Origin: an uncultured delta proteobacterium
GTDB lineage: Bacteria; Desulfobacterota; Desulfuromonadia; Desulfuromonadales; BM103
NCBI GenBank assembly: GCA_963715335.1
Contig: CAVQRZ010000019.1
Location: 32,001 to 96,000, forward strand
DNA: 64,000 nucleotides
Direction of reading: 5' to 3'
Positions 49,641 to 59,332 of this stretch are shown here, in pieces. The notes beneath the pieces were generated by a model. It did no database searches. It was not told the DNA's origin and saw only the letters and a program-made list of their open reading frames with translations. A program made the position numbers and the translations under genes. Each line of letters begins with the position of its first letter. Within the stretch, counting starts at the first letter, position 1.

Positions 49641-50576
49641 ATGGAAACGCGGTACCTGAACACTCTGATCGCTGCTGTTGAAACGGGAACCTTTTCCAGG
49701 GCCGCGGAATCATTACACATTACCCAGTCTGCCGTTTCCCAGCGGATAAAGTTCCTGGAGGAGCATTTCGGTCAGCAATTGCTCGACCGGTCCGGCCAGC
49801 GACTGGCATTGACCGCGGCCGGGCAGCTGGTTTTCAACAAGGCCAGGGACATCCTGGAAAAAGAGCGGGAACTTTTGGCCTGCCTGCACGATAATGCAAC
49901 CCAGAAGCACCTCTCCCTGTGTTGCACACCGACCTTCGGTATGGCCTACCTGCCCCAGGTGCTGAGTAATTTTCTCAGAGCGCATTCCGATCTGAGCGAT
50001 CTCAAATTCATCTTCCTCCAACCGGAAGAGGCTCTGCGCGGGTTGCGCCAGGAAGAGTTTGACCTTGCGGTCATCGAACATAGCCTGGATCTCAAATTCG
50101 CCGGCTTCAACCGGTTCTCGATGCCGGATGACGAGATGCTGGTGGTCACTTCCGCTGCTGCAGCAATCCCGAATGACAACGGTGTAGTGGAGCTCTCGGC
50201 ATTGAAAGGAAGTCGCCTTTACGCGCGACGCGACGGCTGCAGCTCAAAGGAGCTGATGCGCTGCAACCTCAGGGCGCAAGGCTTTGACTTCAACGATTTT
50301 GCCAGTGTCGTGATCTCCGATGATCTGCGCTTTACCCTCCAGTCGGTCCTTGCCGGCGAAGGGATTGCTTATGTGTCCCAGGCCCTGGTCAGCAATTACC
50401 TGGAGTCAGGGCAGATGATCGGCTTGCATGTCGCCGGTTTCGGGCGCCGACGGGGGCGCAGCGTCGTGATGCTGCCGCATAGAGGTGAAGATCCTTTGGT
50501 CAAGGAGTTCCTGGAGAGTCTCTTCGAAGTGGTTTCGCCTTTCTGGCGGCCGAAAATGGTGAGTGCGGCAGGTTAA
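49641..50576 (+). CDS. LysR family transcriptional regulator
   Basis: GTFSRAAESLHITQSAVSQRIKFLEE HTH; divergent from the cytochrome-porin operon. Confidence 0.95.
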   Translation: METRYLNTLIAAVETGTFSRAAESLHITQSAVSQRIKFLEEHFGQQLLDRSGQRLALTAAGQLVFNKARDILEKERELLACLHDNATQKHLSLCCTPTFGMAYLPQVLSNFLRAHSDLSDLKFIFLQPEEALRGLRQEEFDLAVIEHSLDLKFAGFNRFSMPDDEMLVVTSAAAAIPNDNGVVELSALKGSRLYARRDGCSSKELMRCNLRAQGFDFNDFASVVISDDLRFTLQSVLAGEGIAYVSQALVSNYLESGQMIGLHVAGFGRRRGRSVVMLPHRGEDPLVKEFLESLFEVVSPFWRPKMVSAAG

Positions 50577-50636
50577 ATACCCTCCGCGCCACCGACTTCA
50601 GCCGCGACTGAAGCTTTGCATGTTTCAAGGAGTTTT

Positions 50637-51278
50637 ATGGAAAAGCTGTTCAGGGGGATTGCCAAGTTTCGGCGTGAGGATTTTGAATCGCACCGGAAGC
50701 TGTTCCAGACTTTGGGCCGCAAACAGCAGCCGCACACCCTGTTTATCGGTTGCTCCGATTCCCGTGTCGTTCCAGAACTGATCACGCGTACCCGGCCCGG
50801 TGAGCTTTTTATGATCCGGAACGTTGCCAACATCGTGCCGCCGTTCCGCAAAACCGAAGATTTTGCCGGGACGACCTCGGCGATCGAATATGCCGTTCAG
50901 GTCTTGAATGTAGAGGCGATCGTGGTCTGTGGCCACTCGAACTGTGGGGGCTGCGCTGCGATGCACCAGAGCCCTGAGGCGCTGCAGCATATTCCGAATG
51001 TGGCGCGCTGGCTTAATGTCTCCAGCGAGGTGAAAGAGCGGGTTAGAAAACAGGTCGTAGAGGGGACGCCGGAAGAGCAAGAATGGCTTACTGAGCAGAT
51101 CAATATCCTGGTGCAGATGCGCAACCTGCTGAGTTATCCTTATATCCGCGAGCGCTATGATAAAGGCGAAATCGAGATTCTCGGCTGGTATTACATTATT
51201 GAGACCGGCGAAATTTTCAACTTCAATGATCGCACCGAAACCTTCGAGTTGATTTCCACTCCGGCGGAAGGGCCCTGA
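50637..51278 (+). CDS. Beta-class carbonic anhydrase
   Basis: GCSDSRV, RNVAN, CGHSNCGG. Confidence 0.95.
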   Translation: MEKLFRGIAKFRREDFESHRKLFQTLGRKQQPHTLFIGCSDSRVVPELITRTRPGELFMIRNVANIVPPFRKTEDFAGTTSAIEYAVQVLNVEAIVVCGHSNCGGCAAMHQSPEALQHIPNVARWLNVSSEVKERVRKQVVEGTPEEQEWLTEQINILVQMRNLLSYPYIRERYDKGEIEILGWYYIIETGEIFNFNDRTETFELISTPAEGP

Positions 51279-51296
51279 CCCGGCTGCACGCCAGCA

Positions 51297-51599
51297 TTAT
51301 TCCCCCTCCGCCCTGCCGCTCCAGAGTGGATCCCAGCCAAACTGCCGGCGCAGACGTTCTCCCGGGTTCTGCTCTAAAAACTCCGCCTCGCTGAAACAAT
51401 AACGGTAACCCGCACAATAGGTTGTGAGGATCGTGTAGGCGTCATTGATTTTGCGGATCAATGCCGGGTCGGCGGCGTCGCTCTGGTCGGGGTGGTGCCT
51501 TTTGACCAGTTCGCGATGACGCTGCTTGATCTGCTCGAGGGTCGCGCGCTCAGTGATGCCAAACGTCTCAAGAGCGGCTTCAAGTTCCTGGTAAGTCAT
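51297..51599 (-). CDS. Small J-domain (DnaJ-like) protein
   Basis: IKQRHRELVKRHHPD, INDAYTIL; start taken at MTYQEL. Confidence 0.88.
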   Translation of the reverse strand: MTYQELEAALETFGITERATLEQIKQRHRELVKRHHPDQSDAADPALIRKINDAYTILTTYCAGYRYCFSEAEFLEQNPGERLRRQFGWDPLWSGRAEGE

Positions 51600-51875
51600 T
51601 AGAGTGTCCCATAGCTGAGTCGCGGTAATGCCTGTGTTTTTTGAAAGGGCCACTGGATTTCAAGGTTGAAGCGATCCCTGGGCCAGCGGGCTTTTTTTAG
51701 CACGAGGGCTGGAAATGGTGTCCGGTAACACCTATGATAATCCAAGGTTCTCGTCTAGTACAATATTCAGGACAACTGTATCAACTTTTGGATCGTTGTC
51801 AGAAGTTGTGCGGTATCAACAAAGCCACCCCAAGAGGATTCCTTTAATCTTCATCCGTTGCCTATGCCCATAAAA

Positions 51876-52433
51876 TTATTGACTTGTGACTTGAAAAGAC
51901 TGAACGACCTCCTCGTAGGTCGGCAGGTCTCGCGGGTAATAGTGGAGGCTGGTCCCGTAATATTTGATCAGATAAACCTGCTTCTCGGTAGCGAATCCGC
52001 TGATAATCCCTTCGTAATCCAGACCCTTGGATGTTTCATACTTGATGTGAAGACGAAAGCCCTGGTGTCCTGCAATCAGGACTGGGGTGTTCTGTAACAG
52101 GGTCACCCGACTCGCCGGGAGCTCGTTTTTAACCAGCGCCAAGGCCAGTTCCGCCAGTTCTGACGGAAGCATGTCTAAGGTTATTTTTTTGTTGATGGCT
52201 GCAAAGGCATCATCGTGGCTACCTTCTTGAATTTCAATACCTTGCAGCATAGGGCCGTCGTGAGAGATAAACAGTTCCTTGTTATTGGATGTGTTGTGCA
52301 TCCAACCCGCAGGCAGTTTAACCTGGTAACTCTTTCCCGAAGCTATCTGGGATTCAGGAATAACTTTCCAGGGTGGGGCGCAGGCGACCAAACCCAGGGT
52401 CAGACAACAACATATCAGGAAATAACGTTTCAT
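51876..52433 (-). CDS. Hypothetical lipoprotein
   Basis: Lipobox LVAC, YQVKLPAGW, PsbP-like C-terminus (VVQSFQV). Confidence 0.8.
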   Translation of the reverse strand: MKRYFLICCCLTLGLVACAPPWKVIPESQIASGKSYQVKLPAGWMHNTSNNKELFISHDGPMLQGIEIQEGSHDDAFAAINKKITLDMLPSELAELALALVKNELPASRVTLLQNTPVLIAGHQGFRLHIKYETSKGLDYEGIISGFATEKQVYLIKYYGTSLHYYPRDLPTYEEVVQSFQVTSQ

Positions 52434-52590
52434 GATCCTTCCCCTTTATCAAGTGCCTCAATGTAGTGATTGATATACTCCCTGTCGATGGCGTCTGGGT
52501 CTCGTTGCAGGTAGGTCTCCAAGAGGCAAGGAACATGAACAGGATCAGCAGGGAACCTTTCAGATGCCCAGAGCGAAGATGCCGTTTCAT
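52430..52590 (-). pseudogene. Remnant of an internally deleted gene (signal peptide fused out of frame to a TPR-like C-terminal tip)
   Basis: ATG overlaps the upstream stop (ATGA 52587-52590) and encodes MKRHLRSGHLKGSLLILFMFLA. A different frame ends LETYLQRDPDAIDREYINHYIEALDKGEGS with its stop overlapping the downstream ATG. Confidence 0.6.
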
Positions 52591-53315
52591 TTGCCGCTGT
52601 AGCCTTCCATCGCTTTAGCAAACAGCGTGCTGGCGTCTTCAGGTTTTCGGAGATCGAGGTTCCCTTGGGCGAAGCTGTGCTGGAACCACAGGATATCTCC
52701 ATCTTCGAGATCCACCACGCCAACCAGAACCTTTGACGATCCTAGCGGCATACCGACTCCTGCCAACGCGGCTATGGCGATCATGGTTTTTCGTCCTCCG
52801 GTTGAAATACTGTCGTACCCGATGACGATTAGGGCCGCTTCGGCGCCCGACTTCTGCTTCAGAAAACGCAGCCCGTTGCCCAGGGAATAATGAAAATCAT
52901 CAGCAAGGTGGCTCCAGCCGTAGGCCGGTACGTTCGCTGCAATATAGGCTTGGCTGGCAACGACATCGTAAAGGAGGACATGTTCGTGGACCAGTTCCTT
53001 CTCCTCATCGGTCAATTCAGGTACAGTCTGAAGCGACGTGGCCCCCTGCTTGGCAAAGAACCCATTTACAGCGAGAGTCATGGCTGACTCCCCTTGCTTG
53101 CTCCATGTCGGGTCCTCCTGAACCACCCCTCCAGCAGAAATCTCGTTAATGGACACCGAGACTGGCAAAACCAGCAACTTGTTGGGCAGAGACGCCGAGC
53201 CTTTTCTGATGTCTGAACCCACGGACGGTTTCCCGGCCATGGTGCAGGCGGTCAATGGGAAGAGAAGGACAACAACGACAAAGAGAAAGAAGGGCATTCT
53301 GTGGCATGGCTCCAT
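52587..53315 (-). CDS. Hypothetical lipoprotein
   Basis: Lipobox LTAC, hydrophobic Gly-rich segment, VGVVDLEDGDILWF; AGGAGG RBS. Confidence 0.82.
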   Translation of the reverse strand: MEPCHRMPFFLFVVVVLLFPLTACTMAGKPSVGSDIRKGSASLPNKLLVLPVSVSINEISAGGVVQEDPTWSKQGESAMTLAVNGFFAKQGATSLQTVPELTDEEKELVHEHVLLYDVVASQAYIAANVPAYGWSHLADDFHYSLGNGLRFLKQKSGAEAALIVIGYDSISTGGRKTMIAIAALAGVGMPLGSSKVLVGVVDLEDGDILWFQHSFAQGNLDLRKPEDASTLFAKAMEGYSGK

Positions 53316-53527
53316 GATATCCTCCTGGCGGAAAACCTCTATAAATCTTTTATATGTCCTGCCTTATAGGTTGCCAACCATGCTGTCCGAAATTTAAATA
53401 GACTGGGCAATACACGGGAGAAGTAACGTAAATTCCCCGAGCATCAGAGTTTAGATGCTTAAGCCATGAATTAAAAAAACCACTGGTCAGTACAATGCTG
53501 ACAACAGGGGGTAATTAAGTAATCTTC

Positions 53528-53635
53528 TGATCGCATCAAGGGCCACTCGCTCACGTGATGCCGAAAACCTTGAGAGCGGCCTCAAGTTGCTGGTAAGTCA
53601 TACGAGAGTTCCATAGCCGAGTCGCAGTAATGCCT
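53528..53635 (-). pseudogene. Diverged, truncated duplicate of the 5' end of the J-domain gene at 51297..51599
   Basis: Aligns with about 51528-51633; encodes MTYQQLEAALKVFGIT versus MTYQELEAALETFGIT, then breaks. Confidence 0.8.
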
Positions 53636-53840
53636 TCGTGATTATTTTAAAATGTTAAATTAACATGCTGTGCATAAGGAAAGCCACTTTCTGGAGCTCG
53701 GACCCTCGATTTCCCCGGACGTCTTGCCCGTTGCCCGGCAGGCTTTCAGAAGCTATTCCCTTGCGCGGAGCAAGGGCCATATGATAAAAAATTCAGGTTT
53801 GGATTGCTAATATTTTTGCTTGTTTCGAAGGTGTCTGATC

Positions 53841-54908
53841 ATGGAACTCCAAGTTTTGCCGCTGGAACAGAAAAAACCGCTGATCAAAGACGAATCACAA
53901 TTACATTTCGGCAAACAGTTTACCGACCGGATGTTCGTCATGAAGTACAAGACCGGTCTGGGGTGGTATGATGCCAAGATTCAGCCTTACCAGGCGTTCT
54001 CGCTCGATCCTGCCGCCATGGTGCTGCATTACGCCCAGGAGATTTTCGAGGGACTCAAGGCGTTCCGGCGGCCCGATGGCCAGATAGCACTGTTCCGCCC
54101 GCAGGACAACTTTCGCCGCTTCAATCATGGTGCGCGGCGGATGTGCATGCCCGAGGTCGATGAAGCTTTCATGCTGAAGTCCCTGAAAGAGCTGATCCGG
54201 CTCGAAGCTGAGTGGGTACCGCACAGCGAGGGGACCAGCCTGTATATCCGGCCGGCCATGATCGCCTCCGAGCCGATGCTCGGTGTGCGGGCTGCTGATG
54301 AGTACCTGTGCTTCATCATCCTCTGTCCGGTCGGGACCTATTACAAGGGTGGTCTGGCGCCGGTCAAGATCTGGATCTCCGATCACTACGTCCGCGCTGC
54401 TCATGGCGGCACGGGGGAAGTCAAGACCGGGGGTAATTACGCGGCCAGCCTCTTTGCTGCGCGCGAAGCGGCGGCAAAAGGGTATGACCAGGTCCTCTGG
54501 CTGGATGCCAGAGAGAAAAAATATGTAGAAGAGGTCGGCAGTATGAACATCTGCTTCGTCGAAAAAAATAAGCTGGTGACCTCGCCCCTGCATGGCACGA
54601 TCCTGGATGGCATCACGCGCCGCTCGGTCCTGGAACTGGCACGCTACAACGGGCTGGAAATCGAGGAGCGTGCTATGTCGGTCGATGAAATTTTTACCGG
54701 GGTGGAGGAGGGTCGCATCCTGGAGGCCTTTGGTACCGGCACGGCAGTGGTCATCTCGCCGGTTGGCCAGTTCACCTACAAGGACCGCACTGTCGTGCTG
54801 GGCGATGGCAAGACCACCGGTGCGGTTACGCAAGAGCTCTATGACACCCTGACCGGGATTCAATACGGGCGTTTGCCTGACCCCCACGGTTGGGTCGAAC
54901 TGCTCTGA
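53841..54908 (+). CDS. ilvE: Branched-chain amino acid aminotransferase
   Basis: LHYAQEIFEGLKA, LYIRP, KTGGNY, EEVGSMN, ILDGITR, GTGTA. Confidence 0.96.
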   Translation: MELQVLPLEQKKPLIKDESQLHFGKQFTDRMFVMKYKTGLGWYDAKIQPYQAFSLDPAAMVLHYAQEIFEGLKAFRRPDGQIALFRPQDNFRRFNHGARRMCMPEVDEAFMLKSLKELIRLEAEWVPHSEGTSLYIRPAMIASEPMLGVRAADEYLCFIILCPVGTYYKGGLAPVKIWISDHYVRAAHGGTGEVKTGGNYAASLFAAREAAAKGYDQVLWLDAREKKYVEEVGSMNICFVEKNKLVTSPLHGTILDGITRRSVLELARYNGLEIEERAMSVDEIFTGVEEGRILEAFGTGTAVVISPVGQFTYKDRTVVLGDGKTTGAVTQELYDTLTGIQYGRLPDPHGWVELL

Positions 54909-54929
54909 TTCGATTTTTTCGCAATCAAG

Positions 54930-54968
54930 TGCAAAAGCCTCCTGCCGTCGCGGCAGGAGGCTTTTGCA
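54930..54968 (+). terminator. Intrinsic terminator after ilvE
   Basis: TGCAAAAGCCTCCTGCCG / CGGCAGGAGGCTTTTGCA perfect stem. Confidence 0.85.
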
Positions 54969-55076
54969 TGTGGATTCTCCTCTTAAAAAATCTATAACAA
55001 TTAAGCGGTCATCTTGACAGAACCATCAAAGGCGTTAAGGTTTGTTAACGTTTAGCTAGGATACGGGGGCCTTTCC

Positions 55077-55283
55077 ATGTATATCCCGGTGGTGCTTACT
55101 GATGGGCATGAAGAATTGGTGAGCAAAGATGAATTACAATTTCTGATGTTTACCAGTAAAGTCATGTTTTTTAAGCGCGCTGACGGATGGGCTGTCCCTG
55201 GTCGAGACAAAATGCGTGAGAAGATAAAGCCTTACGGTGGGGAAGAGCGTCGGCAACATGACGTGTTTTCGCTGGACTACTGA
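55077..55283 (+). CDS. GSU3473-like small protein, copy 1
   Basis: MYIPVV..DG, FKRADGWAVPGRD.MR, YGGEERR. Confidence 0.78.
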   Translation: MYIPVVLTDGHEELVSKDELQFLMFTSKVMFFKRADGWAVPGRDKMREKIKPYGGEERRQHDVFSLDY

Positions 55284-55453
55284 ACCGAGTGCCCTTTTTG
55301 ACGATTGCATTATCAGGATGATAAAGAGGCAACACCCGTGACCAGGCGTTGTTGGCAAGCAATCGCCTTTAATGTTTACAGAACGCGCAAACTTTTCATA
55401 TGATGCCTCTCCGGTTAAGCGGCGCTTGATCATTTCATGCCTGGATCAAGGTT

Positions 55454-55660
55454 ATGACCAAAAGAGAACTCATTCTCGTTGAACTAAAAGAGGGGACGTC
55501 CTGCCGGATGGCCAAGCCGGCGCTTAAGGTTTTCCTTGCACATGACGGGGTCGCTCGTTTCCAGCGGTCTGATGGCTGGGTGGTGCCTGGCAAAGACCAG
55601 CTGAGAGACCCGCACAATGATCGCTCTTATGATGGTGCTGAACGTCGAGAAGTTGTGTAG
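55454..55660 (+). CDS. GSU3473-like small protein, copy 2
   Basis: FQRSDGWVVPGKDQLR, YDGAERR; visibly paralogous to copy 1. Confidence 0.78.
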   Translation: MTKRELILVELKEGTSCRMAKPALKVFLAHDGVARFQRSDGWVVPGKDQLRDPHNDRSYDGAERREVV

Positions 55661-55688
55661 GGCCCCCGATTGATTGACGACAATTTAC

Positions 55689-55721
55689 ACATGGCCACCT
55701 GCCGACGGGTGGCCATGTTCT
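55689..55721 (+). terminator. Hairpin, probable terminator
   Basis: ACATGGCCACC / GGTGGCCATGT stem followed by TCTT. Confidence 0.6.
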
Positions 55722-55936
55722 TGTAGGGCAGGGCCGTTATTGATTTCGCGTTTTTGCCAAACAGGCGGAATGATTTTCGCATAAACGGGGCCTTGCCGTC
55801 GCAAGGGGCCGGATGCGATCGTTTGGCCGTACATGCCAATTTGTTGCCGCCGCAGCAGCAAGGTTGCCATCGCTGGACGGGCAGATTAATATAGCGTCAG
55901 GGCTTGACGACTGATGCGGATTGACAGGAGCACCTT

Positions 55937-56677
55937 TTGAGCACTCTTTCCATCGAACTCGTACCGCGCGACCATGCTTCCCTGGAGCAGGAAATGCGGT
56001 CGATCCGGGAGCATTTCCCGGCCATCAATACGATCAATATCCCCGACCTGCTCAAATTTTCATTGCGCAGCTGGGATGCCTGCAGCAAGGCCAAGGCATT
56101 CTTCCCCCATGCCATCCCTCACCTGCGCGCCATCGATTTCGACTTGAGCAAACCCTTTCCCCTGGTGGACAATTTTACCCGGAATGGCATTGATACGGTG
56201 CTGGTGATCGCCGGCGACCAGCCGCAGGACATGTCGCGCAGGGTCTACCGCACCTCGTCGATCGAGTTGATTCGCGCCCTCAAAAAGGCGATGCCCGCGC
56301 TCAAGGTTTATGCCGGCATCGACCCCTACCGGACCGGGATCAAGACCGAGCTCGACTATGTCAAGCGCAAAGTCGATGCCGGCGCCGACGGATTTTTTAC
56401 CCAGCCCTTCTTTGACCTGCGTTTGATGGAGATCTACTACGACCTGTTGGCAGGGCTGGATGTCTTCTGGGGGATCAGTCCGGTCATGAGTGAACGCAGC
56501 AAGGATTATTGGGACAACCTCAACAACGCGATCTTCCCGCCGGATTTCGAGCCGACCCTGGAATGGAACCGGCGACTGGCAAAGGACGCGCTGGTTTTTG
56601 CCGGGCAAACCGGTTCAAACATCTACTTCATGCCGATTCGCATTGACCTGGTTGGATACCTGAAAGGGATTCTTTGA
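55937..56677 (+). CDS. metF: Methylenetetrahydrofolate reductase (short form)
   Basis: SIELVP, IPHLRA, VLVIAGD, KVDAGADGFFTQPFFD; adjacent to metH. Confidence 0.88.
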   Translation: MSTLSIELVPRDHASLEQEMRSIREHFPAINTINIPDLLKFSLRSWDACSKAKAFFPHAIPHLRAIDFDLSKPFPLVDNFTRNGIDTVLVIAGDQPQDMSRRVYRTSSIELIRALKKAMPALKVYAGIDPYRTGIKTELDYVKRKVDAGADGFFTQPFFDLRLMEIYYDLLAGLDVFWGISPVMSERSKDYWDNLNNAIFPPDFEPTLEWNRRLAKDALVFAGQTGSNIYFMPIRIDLVGYLKGIL

Positions 56678-56688
56678 ATCCTGGATGA

Positions 56689-56847
56689 TCAATCCAGCGG
56701 GTCAAAAGTATCCTTGTCTGCGTAGCAGAGGGGACAGACCCAGTTGTCGGGCAGATCATCAAAGGCCGTACCCGGCGGGATGTCGTTCATCGAGTCCCCC
56801 TGGGCGGGGTCGTAAATGTAACCACAGTTGGCGCAGATATACCGCAT
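56689..56847 (-). CDS. Rubredoxin (52 aa; absent from the ORF track)
   Basis: [52 protein letters not shown]; upstream GGAGG. Confidence 0.93.
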   Translation of the reverse strand: MRYICANCGYIYDPAQGDSMNDIPPGTAFDDLPDNWVCPLCYADKDTFDPLD

Positions 56848-56881
56848 CCTACCCTCCTATTTGTTGTCCCGCGTTCCGATA

Positions 56882-59332
56882 TCAAACGGCAAAATATTTT
56901 GCCTGCGGATGGTGGGCAATAATCGCCGAGGTGCTCACCTCTGGAACCATCTCCATCGTCTCGGTCAGGGTCACCCCGATCACTTCCGGTTGAAGTAATT
57001 TAAAGAGCATTTCATGGGCATCAAGATCGGGGCAGGCCGGATAACCGAAGCCGTAACGTGACCCCTGGTAGCCCTGAGTAACGTAGCCGGTCATATCCGT
57101 GGGCTTGTCCCTGGCTATGCCGAGTTCACGACGCATTTCTTCGTGCCAGTATTCAGCCAGGGCATCGGTCACCTCGACGCTGAAGCCGTGTAGCATCAGG
57201 TAATCGTGGTAGGCGTCTGCCTCGAACAGGCGTTTGGTTTCAATTGCGATACGGTCACCAATCGTCACGACAAAGAAAGCGGCGACATCACCCCCCTCAT
57301 CGCGACTGCGGTAGTAATCGGCTATACAGAGATGCGGTGGCGACAGCTGTCGCGGGAACGCGAAAGCCATGACCTCATCGCCGGCTTCAACAAAGACCGT
57401 GTCCCCCTCGCTGTAACAGCGGAAGTACCCGTAGGCCGCCTTCGGCTGCAGCAACCCTTCTTCGATGGCACGTACTTTGAGCTGTTCGTACAGCGGGCTG
57501 ACTGTCGTCCGCATCAGCTCGGCATAGTCCTCTGCAGTGGAACTGGAGGTGCGACGGTAGCCCCAGCGCCCGCGGAACAGCGCCTGTTCGTTGACATATG
57601 AGAAGAGCCTGGCCGGGTCGATATCGACCACGTGACGCAGTCCGTAAAAAGGTGGCTCCGGCACCGGGTGGCTGTGATCGATATTGACGTCCTTTACTCC
57701 CGGTTTCATGCGAGGCTTGCCACCCTTCGGTATGGCAGCAGTGGCGGTCAGTTGCCCGGCCTCGAAATCTTTCAGTGCCTTGAGCCCGGCGAAGGCATCC
57801 GCACAGTAAACCACCGGCGCATCATAATTCGGTACACAGGCGGTGGCGACGAAATCACTGGTAAGAGCAGCGCCACCGAGCAGGATCGGTATCTTGAGCC
57901 CCGCTTCCCGGTATTGCGGCATACTCTCCTGCATGACAATCGCCGACTTCACCAGCAGACCCGAGAGCCCAATCATATCCACATTCAGCTCGCGGGCCTT
58001 GGCGATAATCGTCTCGGCCGGTACCTTGATACCGATGTTGAAGACCTTGTAGCCATTGTTGGAAAGCAGGATATCAACCAGGTTTTTGCCGATATCGTGC
58101 ACATCACCCTGGACCGTGGCCAGCAGGATCTTGGTCCCCTCCTCATGGTCGACCTTCTGCATATGCGGCTCAAGCCAGGCGACGCTCTTCTTCATCGCCT
58201 CGGCCGATTGCAGCACGAAAGGGAGCAGCAGTTCACCCTTGCCGAACAGCTCGCCGACGTGGCGCATCGCCGGCACCAGGATCTGGTTGACGATATCGAG
58301 CGGCGGGTAACGGTCGAGCAGCACCGCCAGAATATCCTCGATGCCGTCCTTGTCGCCGCGCACGATCTTTTCGTGTAAAGCCTGCTCGGGGCGTTTGACC
58401 TCCGATTCTTCCTCATCGCCGCCGTCAACACGCTCGGAGAAATGGTCGATGAAACGCATCAGCGGCGATTTCTCCGCACCCTGGTCGCGGTTGTACATCA
58501 GGTCACGGCAGAAGCCCCGATCCTCTTCGCTGATCTGTGCCAGCGGCAGGATCTTGCCGGCGTCGATAATCGCCGCATCAAGGCCCGCTTCAACCGCCTC
58601 GTGCAGAAACACGGAATTGAGGATCTTCCGCGCAGCAGGGGGCAGGCCGAAGGAAATATTGCTCAATCCTAGCAGCGTATAGACGCCGGGCAATTCCGCC
58701 TTGATGCGCCTGATTCCGTCCAGGGTCTGGATCGCGGCATCGAGCAGGTTCTCATCACCGGCGCCGATAGTAAAGGTAAGGGGATCAAAGAGGATGTCCT
58801 GAGGTCGCAGGCCGTGTTTGCCGACCGCCAGGTCGTAAATCTGCCGGGCCGTTTCAACCTTCTCATCGGCAGTCATGGCCATACCCTGCTCATTGATGGT
58901 CAAAGCCACTACTGCCGCACCGTACTTCTTCGCCAACCGGCAAACCCGATCGAGGGTCTTGCCACCATCTTCCAGGTTGATCGAGTTGATGATGCAGCGA
59001 CCGGGATAGATTTTCAGACAGGCCTCTACGCAGTCGGCGTTGGTTGAATCAATCATGATCGGAATCTTCAACGACTCGGCGTGAAGTTTAACCAGGCGGG
59101 TCAGGTCGGCAAGCTCGTCGCGACCGACATAAGCGGCACAGATGTCAAGAACCTGGGCGCCTTTGGCTTCCTGGTCCAGTCCGATCCGCAGACAGCCATC
59201 AAAATCATCGGCCAACAGAGATTCGCGGAATTTTTTCGAGCCGTTCGGATTGGACCGCTCGCCGATCAACAGCGGCGGGATTTCCTGGGCGATTTCTACG
59301 GCCTGATAGAGGCTTGAGAGAGAAGGTTTCAT
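56882..59332 (-). CDS. metH: Cobalamin-dependent methionine synthase: pterin-binding, B12-binding and activation domains
   Basis: IGERSNPNGS, GLSNISFG, GDVHDIGKNLV B12 motif, SGLL, RYGFGYPACPD. Confidence 0.93.
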   Translation of the reverse strand: MKPSLSSLYQAVEIAQEIPPLLIGERSNPNGSKKFRESLLADDFDGCLRIGLDQEAKGAQVLDICAAYVGRDELADLTRLVKLHAESLKIPIMIDSTNADCVEACLKIYPGRCIINSINLEDGGKTLDRVCRLAKKYGAAVVALTINEQGMAMTADEKVETARQIYDLAVGKHGLRPQDILFDPLTFTIGAGDENLLDAAIQTLDGIRRIKAELPGVYTLLGLSNISFGLPPAARKILNSVFLHEAVEAGLDAAIIDAGKILPLAQISEEDRGFCRDLMYNRDQGAEKSPLMRFIDHFSERVDGGDEEESEVKRPEQALHEKIVRGDKDGIEDILAVLLDRYPPLDIVNQILVPAMRHVGELFGKGELLLPFVLQSAEAMKKSVAWLEPHMQKVDHEEGTKILLATVQGDVHDIGKNLVDILLSNNGYKVFNIGIKVPAETIIAKARELNVDMIGLSGLLVKSAIVMQESMPQYREAGLKIPILLGGAALTSDFVATACVPNYDAPVVYCADAFAGLKALKDFEAGQLTATAAIPKGGKPRMKPGVKDVNIDHSHPVPEPPFYGLRHVVDIDPARLFSYVNEQALFRGRWGYRRTSSSTAEDYAELMRTTVSPLYEQLKVRAIEEGLLQPKAAYGYFRCYSEGDTVFVEAGDEVMAFAFPRQLSPPHLCIADYYRSRDEGGDVAAFFVVTIGDRIAIETKRLFEADAYHDYLMLHGFSVEVTDALAEYWHEEMRRELGIARDKPTDMTGYVTQGYQGSRYGFGYPACPDLDAHEMLFKLLQPEVIGVTLTETMEMVPEVSTSAIIAHHPQAKYFAV

